From: Oopsacas minuta
Taxonomy: Eukaryota > Animalia > Porifera
Assembly: GCA_024704765.1 (NCBI GenBank)
Contig: JAKMXF010000316.1
Location: forward strand, 325,908 to 389,907
Length of the DNA stretch: 64,000 nt
Direction: 5' to 3'
Part shown: positions 1-13,143 of the stretch, in pieces
Layout: every line of letters starts with the position of its first letter
Position numbering within the stretch: position 1 is the stretch's first letter
Notes under the pieces: model-generated
What the model was told of the DNA's origin: nothing
The model's input: the letters and a program-made list of their open reading frames with translations, nothing else
Database searches by the model: none
Position numbers and translations under genes: made by a program

Positions 1-320
1 TGCAGGCACATTTCTTTGTCTGTGGTGAAATCGTTCACACTGTACAGCGGATGGGTTCTCAAATCAAATTGATTTCGGTTGTAAGATCATTTCAGGATTC
101 CTGCACGGACTGCTATACGGTACATATAATTTTCATTTCTTTCCAGAATTTACACCCATGATGTTTCGAGGATCACGTCTACCACGATCCGCTAAAAGGA
201 TTGGAATAATTACATTATCTCCAGGGGTTCTAGCAACGTGCTCTAGACGGCTGCGTTTTAACATGCTTTAGCCTGGGCTATCTGTCCTTCAGCGGGGCGT
301 ATGCATTAGCTCGAATTGTC

Positions 321-466
321 ATGTTGTCGATAGCTGGATTCAGAGTTCAACTATGTTGTCGATAGTTTGACTCAGTTTTTAGTATGTTGTTGATAGCTCA
401 ACATAGTTTTTAACTATGTTTTCGATAGTTCGATTCAGTTTTTGACTGTAGTGTTGATAGCTCGGC
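321..466. repeat. ~31-32-bp degenerate tandem repeat, about 5 units; probable subterminal repeats of the adjacent MULE
   Basis: Recurring unit ATGTTGTCGATAGyTnGAyTCAGnTTTTnACT. It lies just upstream of the MULE ORF, and similar repeat blocks bracket the second MULE at ~60000-60130 and ~62620-62725. Confidence 0.7.
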
Positions 467-620
467 CCATTCAGTTGTATGGCAGTTGTCAATGGGAAAT
501 AATTGCTGACTAGATTTGTTTTGAAAAATCACATTTCATGGCAATTATAAACAACTGGCTTCACTGGTATAAGATACTTTTTGGTCATTTGATATTATTG
601 AATTATTTACATCTTCGAAA

Positions 621-3600
621 ATGGAATACACATCAGACAGCTATAGGCATAGTAATGGAAAAATTCATCCAACAACCGATGGGTTTAAGTAGTCTAAACA
701 TATAGTGAAAGAAAGTACAACACACCTCAGATGTGTTTTATCTCAAACGGGTGTAAAGGGACAGGTAAATTAAAGTTAGAAAATAATTTGATATATCCCA
801 GTTCAATTCATAACCATGGTAATGATGAGTACATATAAATCAGGAGTTTATGAATTGAAGACCATATGCAAGAAAAGGGCTCAAACTTCTCGAGACAATT
901 TAAGGGAGATTATCGATGACGGAACAAGAACGAGTCTGTTTGCAAGTGAAATTTCTTTCATTAAGTGCAAGTCTCCTATTTACCGTTCTAGGAGAAGATT
1001 GCAACCTAAGATCCCCCTTACAGCTATAGAATTTTCAGTTATGTTACCCGAATCTACTTTTACGACTCACCACAAATTTATTGTCCCGACTAATAACCAA
1101 ACTGCTGTTGTCTTGTATTCTCAACACATGAAAAATTACCTATCAGAAATTTCTAAAATTCAGTAAGATGGGACATTTTATATAGTGCCACCCCAATTAT
1201 CCCAATTATGGACGGTATTTGTGGTAATTGATCGACATGTACTCCCAGGCATACATTATTTAATGACGTCAAAAGATCAAGAACTCTATACTGCAATAAT
1301 AGCCAAGATCGATTCTCTCATTCCAGATTTCTAACCGAAAATCTCTATTTCTAACTGGGAACCAGCACCGCGAAATTGTTTTAAAGAAATTTATCCCACC
1401 ATTAAAAATCAGGGATGTTGGTTCCACTTTACCCAACGTATCTGGGCCAAAACTCAGAAGCTCAGGGTAGTTCAGAGTTTTCATGGTAATCCTGAAACTG
1501 CGAATTTCATAAGAAATCTCATGGCAATACAATTTCTCCCAGCAAGTTGAATTCGTCCAACCTATACATTCCTCCAAGTGCCGGATTTAACAAATCTAGA
1601 ATCAAGCAAATTGGAGCAACTTCGTAACTAATTCAAGAAAAGGTAGATTACTCAATAAATCCAGAGGAGCTTTCTATCTATGAAGCTGAAGTACTACCAG
1701 TAAGGCTGCGGAAAGCTATCACGCAACGCTAAAATCCATCATTAAAACTCCTCATCCAAGAGTATGGAATTTTCTGAAAACTCTCAACAATATGACAGAA
1801 GATATAGATAATGAAATGGTGAGATTGAGACTCGGTCATAGCATTTCTAGGTTGAGGAAATCAAAGCATGTTATAAAGCAGTGTTTCTCAAACTTTTTTC
1901 GAACAGCGCCCCTTGTCAACAATATTCCCTCGATACCGCCCCCCTCCAGAAAGTCTAAATCTTTTTACTACACTCGTATTTGTTAATGATAATAAGTAAT
2001 ATTTATCAATTAATGAGGAGGGTGTACTTGAGCGTGATGTTCGTCGATAATCCCATTTATATCTGGTTTCATATCAGTGAGCAGCAATCTCAAATCTCCG
2101 CATTGAGAAATATCGAGTCTGTTTCTTTGCTTCGTTAGTAATTGAACGACTGCACTAAAACCTCTCTCAACGAGATATGATGTCGGAAACGCCAGAACTA
2201 GCAGTTTTGCTACTTTCCACAAATTGGGAAATTTATTTCGTCCTGCGATTGCAATCCAAAATCTTTCATACCCCATCATTGTAAAATGAGCTTTTTCCTC
2301 GCAATCACTTTGCAAGTCCATCAACTCTTCCTGCAAATAGAGTGGAACTGTTGGAGCATCCACACAGAAAGGGTCAATTAGCCAATGAGGCGGTTCAAGT
2401 TCCAACAAGTCAGTGAATCGCTTGATCATATCCACTTTCAGTACTTCAAGATGTTCACAATATGCTAGCAAATCGTCATCTGAAATTTGGAGTCCTGCTA
2501 GGTGAGGGAACTGGTAAAATTCTCGTCGACTGTTATTTTGTTTAAATAACGTTAGTTTCCCTATGAAGGAGCTGACAACAGTTTTACACTTGACCAGAGT
2601 GACTAAATTGCCTTGTAGTTGCAAGTTCATTGCTTGAACTTATCAAAAATGTCAGTCAAGTAAGCTACATCTGATTTCGCTGCACTGACAAGCTGCATTA
2701 ACTGCGGGCTCTCTTCCTCTAAAAATTCTAAAATCGTGTCGAAAAGACTGTAGAACCGAGTGAGACACTTTCCTTTTGAGAGCCACCACACTTCTGTGTG
2801 CAAAAGCAGACGTTCAAATTCAGTTTCGTTTTCGTGACATATTTGGCGAAATATTCTTTCCTTGACTGCGGAAGCTTTGATTTTATTAATAACAGTAATG
2901 ACGATATGCAATGAGTTGTGCAAGCGACCACTTAGATGTTTTGCTACTAAATGTTCTCGATGGACGACGCAGTGAATAGCGAAAACCTCAGGCACAGCAT
3001 TTTTCAAGTACGAAATGAAACCACGATGCCACCAACCATAGCTGGCGCCCCATCTGTTGCACAAGCAATGATATTATTCATGGGAATTTCCTTTTCCTGA
3101 AAGAAATTTTCCACGACTTTGTAGATAGATTCACCTTTTGTATCAGTTACTAGTGGTCTAGCAAACAACATTTCTTCAACCATTATTCCTTTGAGAATAT
3201 ATCGGACATATGCAAGGAGCAGTGCTTCGTTACCTGGCAATGTGGATTCGTCAATTTGAAGAGAAAATTCCGTTGTTTTAAGTATACTGTATAGTGTTTT
3301 CTCAACATCACTAGCCATTAAATTTATTCTCCTAGCCACAGTATCATTGCTTAACGGAATGGACTTAATCACACTTCGCCCATCTGAATGCATAACAGTT
3401 GTAACTGCTTCCTGGATTGCAGGTAAAATGAGGTTTTCACCCATTGTATGTGGCTGACCAGATTTTGCAATTAGTAACGAAATGTTATAGGAGGCAACCA
3501 AACCATCAATGTTTTGTCTATCTATTTTTCCAAATATTCCGCCCATTGTTTTTCGGCTGTCTCTCATTTTAATGAAGAATTGCACATCTTTCTCTACCTT

Positions 3601-4556
3601 ATCACTGTGGCGCGATTTCAGATGATCAATCATTCTTGACGGCTTCATTCCCTCATTAGAAAATACTTGTTCGCACAACAAACACATTGGGAGTTGTTCA
3701 TTGGAAGGAGATTTAACAAATCCGTATTTGATATAATCAGCACTATACTGTCTACACTTCTTTTTACTAATCATTTCTTCGATTGAGTTTATCAATTCCT
3801 TTCGGTTTAAATTTCTACGTATGTATTTATATTGAAATTAAACAGATTACTAACTATTACGAAGTTTACATTTGTTTGAAAACAATGATAATTATATTTC
3901 GATTAGGAAAGCCATAGACATTGTAACAAAAGAATTCTTCATTCATTTTTAAGGATTAGCTGTTGTTAATAATCACCAAGAGTATTACCACTGTAAATGG
4001 CTTTGATAATTGAAGTATTTGCTAGCACCTATTGTTAATGAATAATGAGGAATATGATACCACTTTTTTGACCTGAGGTCGTATCTCTGTTTCGCTTTCT
4101 ATAACCCACAGCGCCCCCTTGCTGCGTGGCCGCCCCCCTACAACCCTACAGCGCCCCCCAGGGGGATCTACGGCCCACTTTGAGAAACACTGTTCTAAAG
4201 GATCAACAACGCGAGGATATTAAGGAAAAGTTCAGAATTGGCGAGTTGCAATGAGCATCACTATTGGTGGTACCTTTACTGAAATTGAATTCTCTGATAC
4301 TGATGAGTCAGACACTTCAGACAATGAAAGCGAGAATCCAGTAGTAGAGAATATTTGTGTTATATGTCTGATGCCGCGGACAACAACTTGGATATTCCTA
4401 CCTTGTAAGCACGCTAATTGTTGTGCAGCATGCAGCAAGAGAATAGAAGAATTGAACCAGACACATCCGGTGTGCCGCGCTCCAATTATCAGTCGATTCC
4501 AAATTATGCTTAGTAGTTACACACATGTTTATCCACTTTTTCATTCATTTACATAA
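621..4556 (+). pseudogene. Mutator-like (MULE) transposase pseudogene: FLYWCH-like Zn finger, MULE core and C-terminal C3HC4-type RING; interrupted by a Buster hAT
   Basis: Motifs read across frameshifts: DGFK*SKH..HLRC..CKGTG..HNH; DGTFYIVPPQLSQLWTVF; WEPAPRNCF..GCWFHFTQRIW; RING CVIC..FLPCKHANCCAAC..PVCRAPI (ORF 4251-4556). Removing 1879-4192 plus one TSD restores the frame SKHVIKDQQREDIKEKFRIGEL. Confidence 0.8.
1879..4192 (-). mobile_element. Buster/Charlie-type hAT transposon (ZBED5/SCAND3-like transposase, frameshifted, 2010-3795)
   Basis: TIRs CAGTGTTTCTCAAA at both ends. 8-bp TSD TTATAAAG/TTCTAAAG with central TA. BED finger (CLLCEQVFSNEGMKPSRMIDHLKSRH), FSLQIDES, CATDGAPAM, HCVVHRE and C-terminal FPTSYLVERGFS. 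Confidence 0.93.
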
Positions 4557-4641
4557 TCTTCTGATATCATAGTAATTAAATATTTCTCATACTCACTAAT
4601 ACAATATACTTTTCAATAAACAACCAGTAGAAGAATAAAAA

Positions 4642-6110
4642 TTATGCATGACACATGGGGAAGGTATCCACAACTAAAACTGAGTCCAGCCATCGATAAC
4701 ATACCGAATTCGAGCTAATGCAGCACCCCCCTTCAGCTGCTCTCTTGCGTTTGAGTTGAATGTTGTCGTGCCGTATTTGGATAGCGGTTACCTGAGACGA
4801 AGGAGCAGATGAAGATGTTGAAGAAGTATCTTCTGAGGGATTGGGTGACTGATCCTCTTGTGAAGGAAGATTTGAAGAAATTGCGGTCTGGTTACCAAAA
4901 GAGACTTGAGAGGGGTCAGGTTGCTGATATGCAGCCATTGGGTTGTCTTCGGACACTAGGCGTTCTAGGATTTCACTAGAAAGGGATGCTGAACTGAGTC
5001 CAACTTGTGCATCACGTCCAAACAGGACCTTGAATGGGGATTGTTCAATTCCAGAATGGTAACCACTGTCCTTCTGAAACTGCACAAAACGAAGCCCAGT
5101 TGGCCAGTCTGTGGAGTCATTGTCACCTAACCAGATAGTTAGTATGTCTTTGACGTCACAATTCAGTCTCTCAACTGATACATGGCTTTCGGGATGGCGA
5201 GGTTTAACATGGACCATAAGTAGATCAGGCCAAATAACCTTCAGTTCAGTGATGACTGATGCTGTAAATTCACTGCCGTTGTCACTCTGGATAATTTGAG
5301 GGGCGCATAGTAACAAGAAAATGTGAACCAGTTGCCACGCGACTTCAGCAGCACGTTTGAAAGTCAAATGGCGTGAACACACAGTACTTTGTTAAGTGGT
5401 CTTGATTAACCATGATCCATCGATATGAAACTTTGCACATAGACTGCATGTCAATGAAGTCAACCTGAGCACGGGAACCAAATTCTTTGGACAGAATTGG
5501 CTTCACAACAACGCGCTTAGTGGTGGCACGCCTACGTTTCTGTTGACATTGAACACAGAGAGATATGTAGAGCTCAATGGAGTTGCGAGTGACAATTGCA
5601 TATTTGTCCAAAGCTTTAGTCATCTTGTTTCCACCGCCATAGCCGCATGCAACATGGGCGCGTTTAATGGTGGCGAACATATCATCTATGTGAGTAAAGT
5701 AAATAATTTCTTGGGAGCTTCACTTTGCTTTCGAATCAACTTCTCAACATCGCCACACTGAAGAATTTCGCACCTGTAAAATATATAAAATATGTCACTT
5801 AATCGATGCCAGCAACATAGTACACAACCATAGTGCGGAATATTATTGGCACATTTCTATTTACAGCAAAGGAAACCTAAAACATCGCACGTACGTAGGC
5901 TCTATACAATTAGAGAACTAATTATGGTATTGTATAGAACATTTATTTGACCTGAATCCAAGTAATGCAGCCATGACTCAAGTATTAATTGTTGAACCAA
6001 TAATTATTTGTTCACATACCTGCCAAGGATATAGTACTGCCTGTTGGACTTCTTTGCGGTGTCAGATGCAACTTTGACCTCTTCAAGCAACAAAGAATAC
6101 TGGTGTTTGG
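4642..6110 (-). pseudogene. KRBA2/SCAND3-like integrase-core (Ginger-type) transposase pseudogene with one intron (5774-6019)
   Basis: Motifs KRAHVACGYGG..CVQCQ, AQVDFIDMQ..QDHLTKY, APQIIQSDNGSEF, PRHPES..SVERLN and SPFKVLFG. Upstream exon LLMTKHQYSLLLEEVK..RQYYILG joins via GTATGT..TTTTACAG to RCEILQCGDVEKLIRK. Confidence 0.78.
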
Positions 6111-6484
6111 TCATCAATAACGATTAGGTACCAGAGCATTTTCGTTTCAACATCTCCTCACGGAAGACTGTTCCATAGTGTCCGACATCTTTTAGAGATA
6201 TGAGGGTGTTCATATTATCTTGCCTTTTTATACTCCAGAATATTTCGCGTCGATAGATGCTAGCCTTTGATATGTTGTTATTGAGGATACACTACTCTTA
6301 GTCAGGTTTTTCCTATACATTTCAATTGTTAAGTTAAGTTGACGTATATGTTAGAGAATAATAATAATTGTAAGATTTCCCATTATTCAATACTTTATTG
6401 ATTTGATATTCGTAATATGCTTCCAGTCAATTTGTCAAAAAAACGACCAATAATTCAGTCAATTTGTAATTGACGAATATTATA

Positions 6485-6691
6485 CAGGGTGACACATAAA
6501 TACTGTTACAACTTTTAAAACTACCATATTGTAGATGAATCTAATTCAATAGCGTTGAAACTTGGCCAATATATTGTACTAGATATCTATTTTATCTCAT
6601 AAATCACACCAGATATCTCAGTTAGGAGTTATAAAATTTCAACATTTTGTAATGGAGACTCGTCGTTCAGCTGTAATTGAGTTATTCAAGG
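6485..6691 (+). mobile_element. Tc1/mariner-type left-end remnant
   Basis: TA followed by CAGGGTG terminus; truncated start METRRSAVIELFK. Confidence 0.5.
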
Positions 6692-8129
6692 ACAGCCTTT
6701 ACACAGCGTTTATGGGCCAGCCAACGAGTATCTGACGGTATAACAATCTTCAGCTCAGGTAGAGCAAGCACCTGGTGCACCTCTTTGAGACATTCAGCTC
6801 TCTGCGAGAGTAGTAGAAAATTTCCAGAGGGTGGTGAGTGTGACGTATAAATGTTTTATCCCACCAGTGGCATTAGCTGCTTGAACACAGGCAAGTCGAA
6901 GCAAGTGGCAGTGGCAGTGTACAAACACAGCATGAGGCGAATTCTTCTAAAGGAGACTCTGCACATTATTGTGAGCCCAGAAAAAGTTGCTGCTCCATCG
7001 AATCCTATACCCACGAGCTTGATGATCTGTATATTCTGGTCTTTGAGAAATCGATAAGGGCAGAATAGATGGTCTTGGCATCGGTGGCTTCAAGGGAAAT
7101 ACTCTAAGAAGTGTTCAACAAGTTTCTCATCCTGGACCCAATGGTAGAAAATTGAAAGCTCTTCAATGGTTGTTACTTCAGTGCATTCATCTGCCATTAT
7201 GCTGAAGTTGGATACTTGATGAAGACGTTTCAGTAGGCATTCTTCGGCACATAAGCCAACTGCCTCGACAAATTCAACAACGATATTGAATTTGTAGGTT
7301 GGATTCTTTCCAGCTCTTTCAAGGAACCTTTTCAAGTCTTCTGCACCACAACTTGCGATTAAACCAATAAGTTCGTCAAACTTGGTTGTGTGGGGAATGT
7401 GGCGACGAGCAAGAAAATGGGTACAACGAATAAGGGCTTTAATAGCAATCCTGTTCTTCAACTTTTCTTGTGCTCCAATTTGTTGGAGTTGCTGAATGAT
7501 CAGGCCCTCTAGTAGTGCTCTAACTGCAACCATCTCTGCTTCACACGGCTGGATGTGAATGTCACTTTTGACATGAGCTTTTATCTTCTCGATTGTCTTC
7601 TTCCAGCTCTTGAAAGGCTTTGAGATCCATGTTCCTCCAATTCTTCGAAGAGAAATTCCCCTCTTCCTGCAGACCTTACAGAAGGCTCCTTGGAAGTAAC
7701 CATCAAATATCAGCCAAATGAAGCTTTCTCCCCATTTCTTATTGGATTTTCGAATGCTTGTGAATGGCCGATTCTTGCTCCTGCGCTTCTCATTGACAGT
7801 TAATCGTTTCTTCGCAGGACTTGGCTTCAAGCACTCAGTATCAGATTGATTGCTGTCGATTTCATCTCCACTACTGCTTGGGACGTCAGTTGACATTGAA
7901 GAATTTGCACCGCCGAAGAAAGAGTGAATATTTATTTTTGAGACCAGATTATAGCTAAGACTGCCTCGACTGGGCCGTTAAGTAAGCCAATGAAGTCTAA
8001 ATTTACAGCACTAACTTAGTGATGTCAAGCATTTGGAATTTAAGGAGAGGCTGCTAACGCCACACCCCTGACATTCCCGAAACTCTACTTTGCCCTCCCT
8101 CCTTTCCTAAATGTCTGGATGTAACACTG
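6692..8129 (-). mobile_element. Truncated ZNF862-like hAT element (5' part, ORF 7090-7896 plus degenerate continuation)
   Basis: TTF-type Zn finger WLIF..AFCKVC..KSWKK..H, FSIMADECTE and downstream DTRWLAHKRC. Terminus CAGTGTTACATCCAG at 8129 (reverse). Clearly related to 35341-37665. Confidence 0.8.
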
Positions 8130-10038
8130 AAGTAGTTAGTTATTACATGCCGCTTTGCTCTACATTAACCTTCAAACGCCCCACAATTACTTATGATAAA
8201 TAATAGTTTAATGAAATTTCTAATTTTGGAAATTTTAAGAGTCAAAGGCATATATGTAGTTAAATGACTTTGGGGAAGTTGGAGGTCTAAACTATTGGAT
8301 TATCAAAATCTACAGTAGAAAATCATCAGCATCAATTCTCTTGCAGACTGCGAAAGATCTTTTGATATGTCAACAAGTGTATATAGCTATAGATTCAAAC
8401 TAAACGAATATGATTCACTTTACATAATATTTGCATCCATCATGGATTGCAATTGGAAATGGAATTGCCTGTTGGAGTTTAAGAGGATGAGGGGAGTACT
8501 AAAAGACATTCAGTCCGTCAATCAGAAATTACTGATTAATTTGGTAATGCAGTACATAATAGATATATTGATAATGGATATATTGGATATAGTGATACTT
8601 TTGTTCGTTGATACCTGTCCCCGTTTACAGCATACTCCATACAAGTTTAATTGATATGGTGATATATTGGTAGTAGTGATATTTTGGGCCAAATATCCTT
8701 GCTCCCAAACTCATCACTATCTATCATAAATTGTACACTTTTGGAGTTGTAATAGAAAATTAAATGTTACTCATCATTAGCGCCATATTCGCTAAAATAA
8801 AGTATAAGCACTATGATAAGAGTCAATATTATCTAAATTAGTATACTTTTCTGGGAAAAAATCACAATAAAAAAACTGCTACTTTGGTCATATAGAGCAT
8901 AATCTTTATCCTGCTGTTAGGAAAAAGGAGGAAGTGGATCGAGTTTTGTGGGTGAGAGACATTGTTAGGTGATAATGGTAAGATTTTTTTGTGTTTATAA
9001 TTTGTTATATACTAAGTATACATAAGAGTTATTCATACTATACTTATAGATTCCTTAATAGTATTTTGCAATCTTAATTATAATTTACTGCCATTACTAC
9101 GACTGCGTTATATTGGACATGATAAGTCAACTTTTGAGTAAATCGTAGGTGAAGGAGCTACCATCAGTACGCATTTCAATGGAATTTACGTAAATATATA
9201 ATTAACCGATGAATTAAGTCATGTCCGGACAAGAGATAATTAAATACTAAGTTTCGGTAAGAAAACTAAGCTAAAACAAGTATCTACTTAGTTTTAGATA
9301 AAAACCAATAGTGGGACTGGTTAGCTTGAAAATTTACTACAATTGTTCATAAGGTGATAAATGCACCAAATTGCATAGATATGTACATTAATGTATAATA
9401 TTCATTATTGGATATTTAGGCAATTGGAATGGAACATATGTTTGCCATAGCAGCCATCCGAAATTTGCACCTCCAAAGAAATCGCCAGAATTATTCCCTA
9501 TCAATTACTTCTTCATACTATGTTAGATCATATTTGGATTACTAAATTCGGATTCAACGTGAAATTCATTGTCGTTTGAGTGTAGTGGAAATTTGGGAAT
9601 ATCTTTAATGACAGAAACACACAGGTAACAGTCTGACATAATGCACAAAGTTCCTAGTGACTAGACATTGGATAGTCTACGACCAGAACGAGGTGCATTT
9701 CAGTAATTCGCCATGATATGTAGTTCTAACAATGTAAAATAACAAATTGTTCATGACTTTAACATAATAAAACCTAATACAATGATCAACATATATTTTG
9801 CAATAATAATATAAATTCTGGAAATACACAGAGATGACATTGGATATCAAAAATAAATCAAAAACTGACAAGAAAATAAAAGGTTGAGGGGAGGGCCGAT
9901 ATGTGTAAGCTAGACTCAGCAAGTTTAGCAGCGGCAAAGAGGAGTCACTGGATGGGATTAGGAAAATTTTTAGAAAGGAATGTTGCCACATTCCTGCGTT
10001 GATAGGGATTAAATATTCCCGAAATTAATCGACGACTC

Positions 10039-10086
10039 CACAGTGGCAACAAATGAGTGCTTTAGTGGAAATAGGCATGTATTCAA
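10039..10086 (+). mobile_element. Solo RSS-like Transib/RAG1-like terminus (possible third family)
   Basis: CACAGTG, then 21 bp, then GGAAATAGGCAT, the same distal box found in the ends of the 39278-42391 element. No partner end was identified. Confidence 0.45.
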
Positions 10087-11655
10087 TAGCGAAATATGCG
10101 AAATATTTCACTTAAAGTATTTCGATGGTAAAAACCGATTGAAAACAACAGATTTTCTGTATAAGTGGTATTAAACCCGTTATTGGTTTGATTACTGACA
10201 AATTTGTAGATATGATACTATAGTTGCAAAATTTGTAAATATTCTTCAAACAGGGAAATTGTGGGAAAATTAACTAGTTCCAGTGTAAAATTCCACCCTG
10301 ATCTACTACAGTATAGCAAAATAAGTTATGAAACGATGTACATATTCGCAAATTACCAATTCCAAACAATAGCTAGCCACTTGGGCTAAATATTTCATGT
10401 AGTTTGATGTGAATAATCCATTTTTAATACTTTCAAGACAAATTATTTAGTCTCTATTATTTACTATTAGTTAAAAAAACTAAAAGAAGTGCTTAAAAAC
10501 AAATATCTAGTGACATATGCCGATTAGCTCTGCTTTATCTCTCATTTCAACGCTATTATTGATGATACAATAGATTTAATAAATTATATGATTTACTATA
10601 TTTTGAGAGTCCCAGGCAAATAAACATAACAAAATCACTTTGTGCGCACTAGTGAATGTATTATCAAATCGACAATATAAAGCATTGTGAGTTCGCGACA
10701 CGAAATGACACAATAAGTTGCATCACCAAATATCTTGCCGACTGCGTAAAACGTTTTTATTGAATTATTATTAAGTATAGATGGTTGCAGATTAGAAACT
10801 AAACTAATATGATTGAGTTCAGATGACGATTTCTAGTATATTGTTAGCACTTTGAGGTAGCAAAAGCAGATAAAATTAAACGATATACTGATTTGTTGGG
10901 ACTTGAAAGATCACATTGTCGAATTGACCCATTCGGTGTGGATGTAAAATGGATTAAAGATGATCCATCTATAATTTACAGTGATAATTTCACAAAACAT
11001 TTCTTTTAAGCACGTAGTGACGAGTATAATACCCGGTCGCATAGCGACACAAACCATCAAGAAATTTAGCTAGTGAATACTTAAGCTAACCTGAGGAACT
11101 AAGCTGTGGCGCAGCGACCTAGCAAGCGAAGCGCGTAGTACAGCTTGATTCCGCTTTAATTGTATTGGAAATGGACAGACGTATTTGGGAAACTCCTATA
11201 ACTTTTTAGTTTTAATAAATTTTAATTAAATAGCCCTACAATTTTCACTCAGGAATGTGCAAACTTGATCATTATAAATTGTATTACTTTGTACAAAACA
11301 CCATTAGATCATTGAGTATGAATACTGAAATCTCATCTGTAATATTTATCGTTCAACGGAGTATCACAGATAGACATATCTAAGCGCCAAAAGTGTGTAT
11401 TAAGCACAGAATTTCCAGAGTTCGAGCGCTTACAGTCCTTATTTTAATGAGTATAAACTTTCGATATATATTTTTGTGAATTTGAAATATATGGATACCT
11501 ATGTATCCGAAAAATATTATTATACGGAAATATTTACTGAGTCTTACACTGATAAATTCGGTCATCTGACAATCATTGAAATTGTTTTAGCAAATTTCTG
11601 GGTATCTCGACAATCTTTAGATTCTCAGTAGCATTTTGTAAATAATTTTCTAGAA

Positions 11656-12030
11656 CAATGGTTCTTCAACTGGGGTTCGTGATCCTTTCTAGACCGTGAA
11701 GCATTTTGAGAGGGACCGTACATGGATGGTAAGTCAAGGAAGGAGTGGTTGATGGTCTTAGACTGATTGCAAAGAAAAAGTATCCTTTTACAAAGATCTT
11801 AATAATTATACATGACAATGTCAGAACCAAGAAAATTTCCCAAATTGTTGAAAGTAGAAAAACTGGTAGTTTAGGCGTTCCCGACATCTTATCTCGTTGA
11901 GAGAGGTATTAGCACAATCGTTCAATAGCTAACGAAGCAAAGAAACAGGCTAGATATCTCTCAGTGTGGAGATCGAAGATTGCTGATAGCTGCTCACTGA
12001 TATCAAACAAGATAAAAAGGATCAAATGGA
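11656..12030 (+). mobile_element. Deleted derivative of the Buster hAT family at 1879-4192
   Basis: CAATGGTTCTTCAAC terminus. 11870-12020 closely matches the reverse complement of ~2050-2200 (GCGTTCCCGACATCTTATCTCGTTGAGAGAGG..GATATCTCTCAGTGTGGAGAT). Confidence 0.7.
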
Positions 12031-12837
12031 GGTCTGCCAACTAAAAGTTTAAATAGAAATGTATCACAGGTGGAGCAATGCCACAACTGTGCCACTGCTT
12101 TGGGGCACCTATGCCCTAAGCTTTAATGAGCCTAGCTAAGCTTGTATAAAAAACATTTCAAAGCAGGTAAATTATCAAAATTAAAAATGAATTTTTCGAG
12201 AATATACAATCAAAAATATCATGTTAGAACATGCTCAACAAATTAGTGATAATCGGTTCGTAAGTGAATATCAACCGATTGCCAATATTAGTTTCGGTTG
12301 ACCAAAATATTTAACTTCGGTATAGTATTACAACCTTCTAAATAATGTTTGTAATAGACATTAGTCAAATATGAATAAATGGGATGCACCTATGGTGAAA
12401 AATGACGTATATAAACTCATGATTATATGTTTGTGTGGCATGGAAATTATGGGAGGACCCTGGCCCAAAGAAAACGACGCAAAGGTTAACACAATATAAG
12501 TAAACTTATTTGACTGTCGACCAATGTATTTAAACGCCATGCAGTCAGCCGAAGTACATGATTGTGTCGGCGGACGGCTTAGCTGAATAACTAAATTCAT
12601 ATTTTAAAGTTCACAAAGTGAAATGTAAACATTAAAATTGACAATCAATTGGTAGCGGCAAATATATTCTCCTCCGAAGCCATGTACATAGCAAATAAGA
12701 CCGAATTCGAACATAAATAAAGCCTGGTTTATGAAAACTAAATTTTTGTGTAGATTAAAACAAATATGAACACCAATTTATGAGGCAACAAGTCCACAAA
12801 GCTTGCTATATTTTAAAATATAGTATATTAAACATAC

Positions 12838-13143
12838 TCACATTGTATTAGCTTGAAAAAGCTCCAAAGCTTTTAGGAAGTTATCTCCCATCTCAATAAG
12901 ACCATCATAGTCATATATGGACTGTGGGACAGACAACAAAGCTTTACAATTGTAAGCTCTCTGTAGATATTGAGTTTTATGGCCACATCTACTGAAATAG
13001 AAATCCAAACACTGCAAAGCAATATCTCTCCGCATTTCTTCAATAGCTTGCTCACAAATAGGAACAAGATTGTCTAAGAAAACCTCATCCTTCTTCACCA
13101 AGGTTAGGAATAATTCAAAATTGGTCTCCAATTTAGAAGCCAT
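12838..13143 (-). pseudogene. CFAP46: CFAP46-like (TPR ciliary protein) N-terminal exon; downstream sequence degenerate
   Basis: DNLVPICEQAIEEMRRDIALQCLDFYFSRCGHKTQYLQRAYNCKALL resembles the CFAP46 N-terminus as I recall it (DLFVLCAEQAL..CIQMYF..TQFLGRAHLCRAQM). A GTGAGT donor follows. Downstream FHKPGF-like remnants contain stops and frameshifts. Confidence 0.6.

Noticed and set aside
321-466. CRISPR-like appearance of ~31-bp repeats (also ~31380-31500, 31760-31910, 60000-60130)
   Set aside because: The units are directly adjacent and degenerate, without unique spacers or cas genes. They occur as inverted pairs at TE ends in a eukaryotic context.
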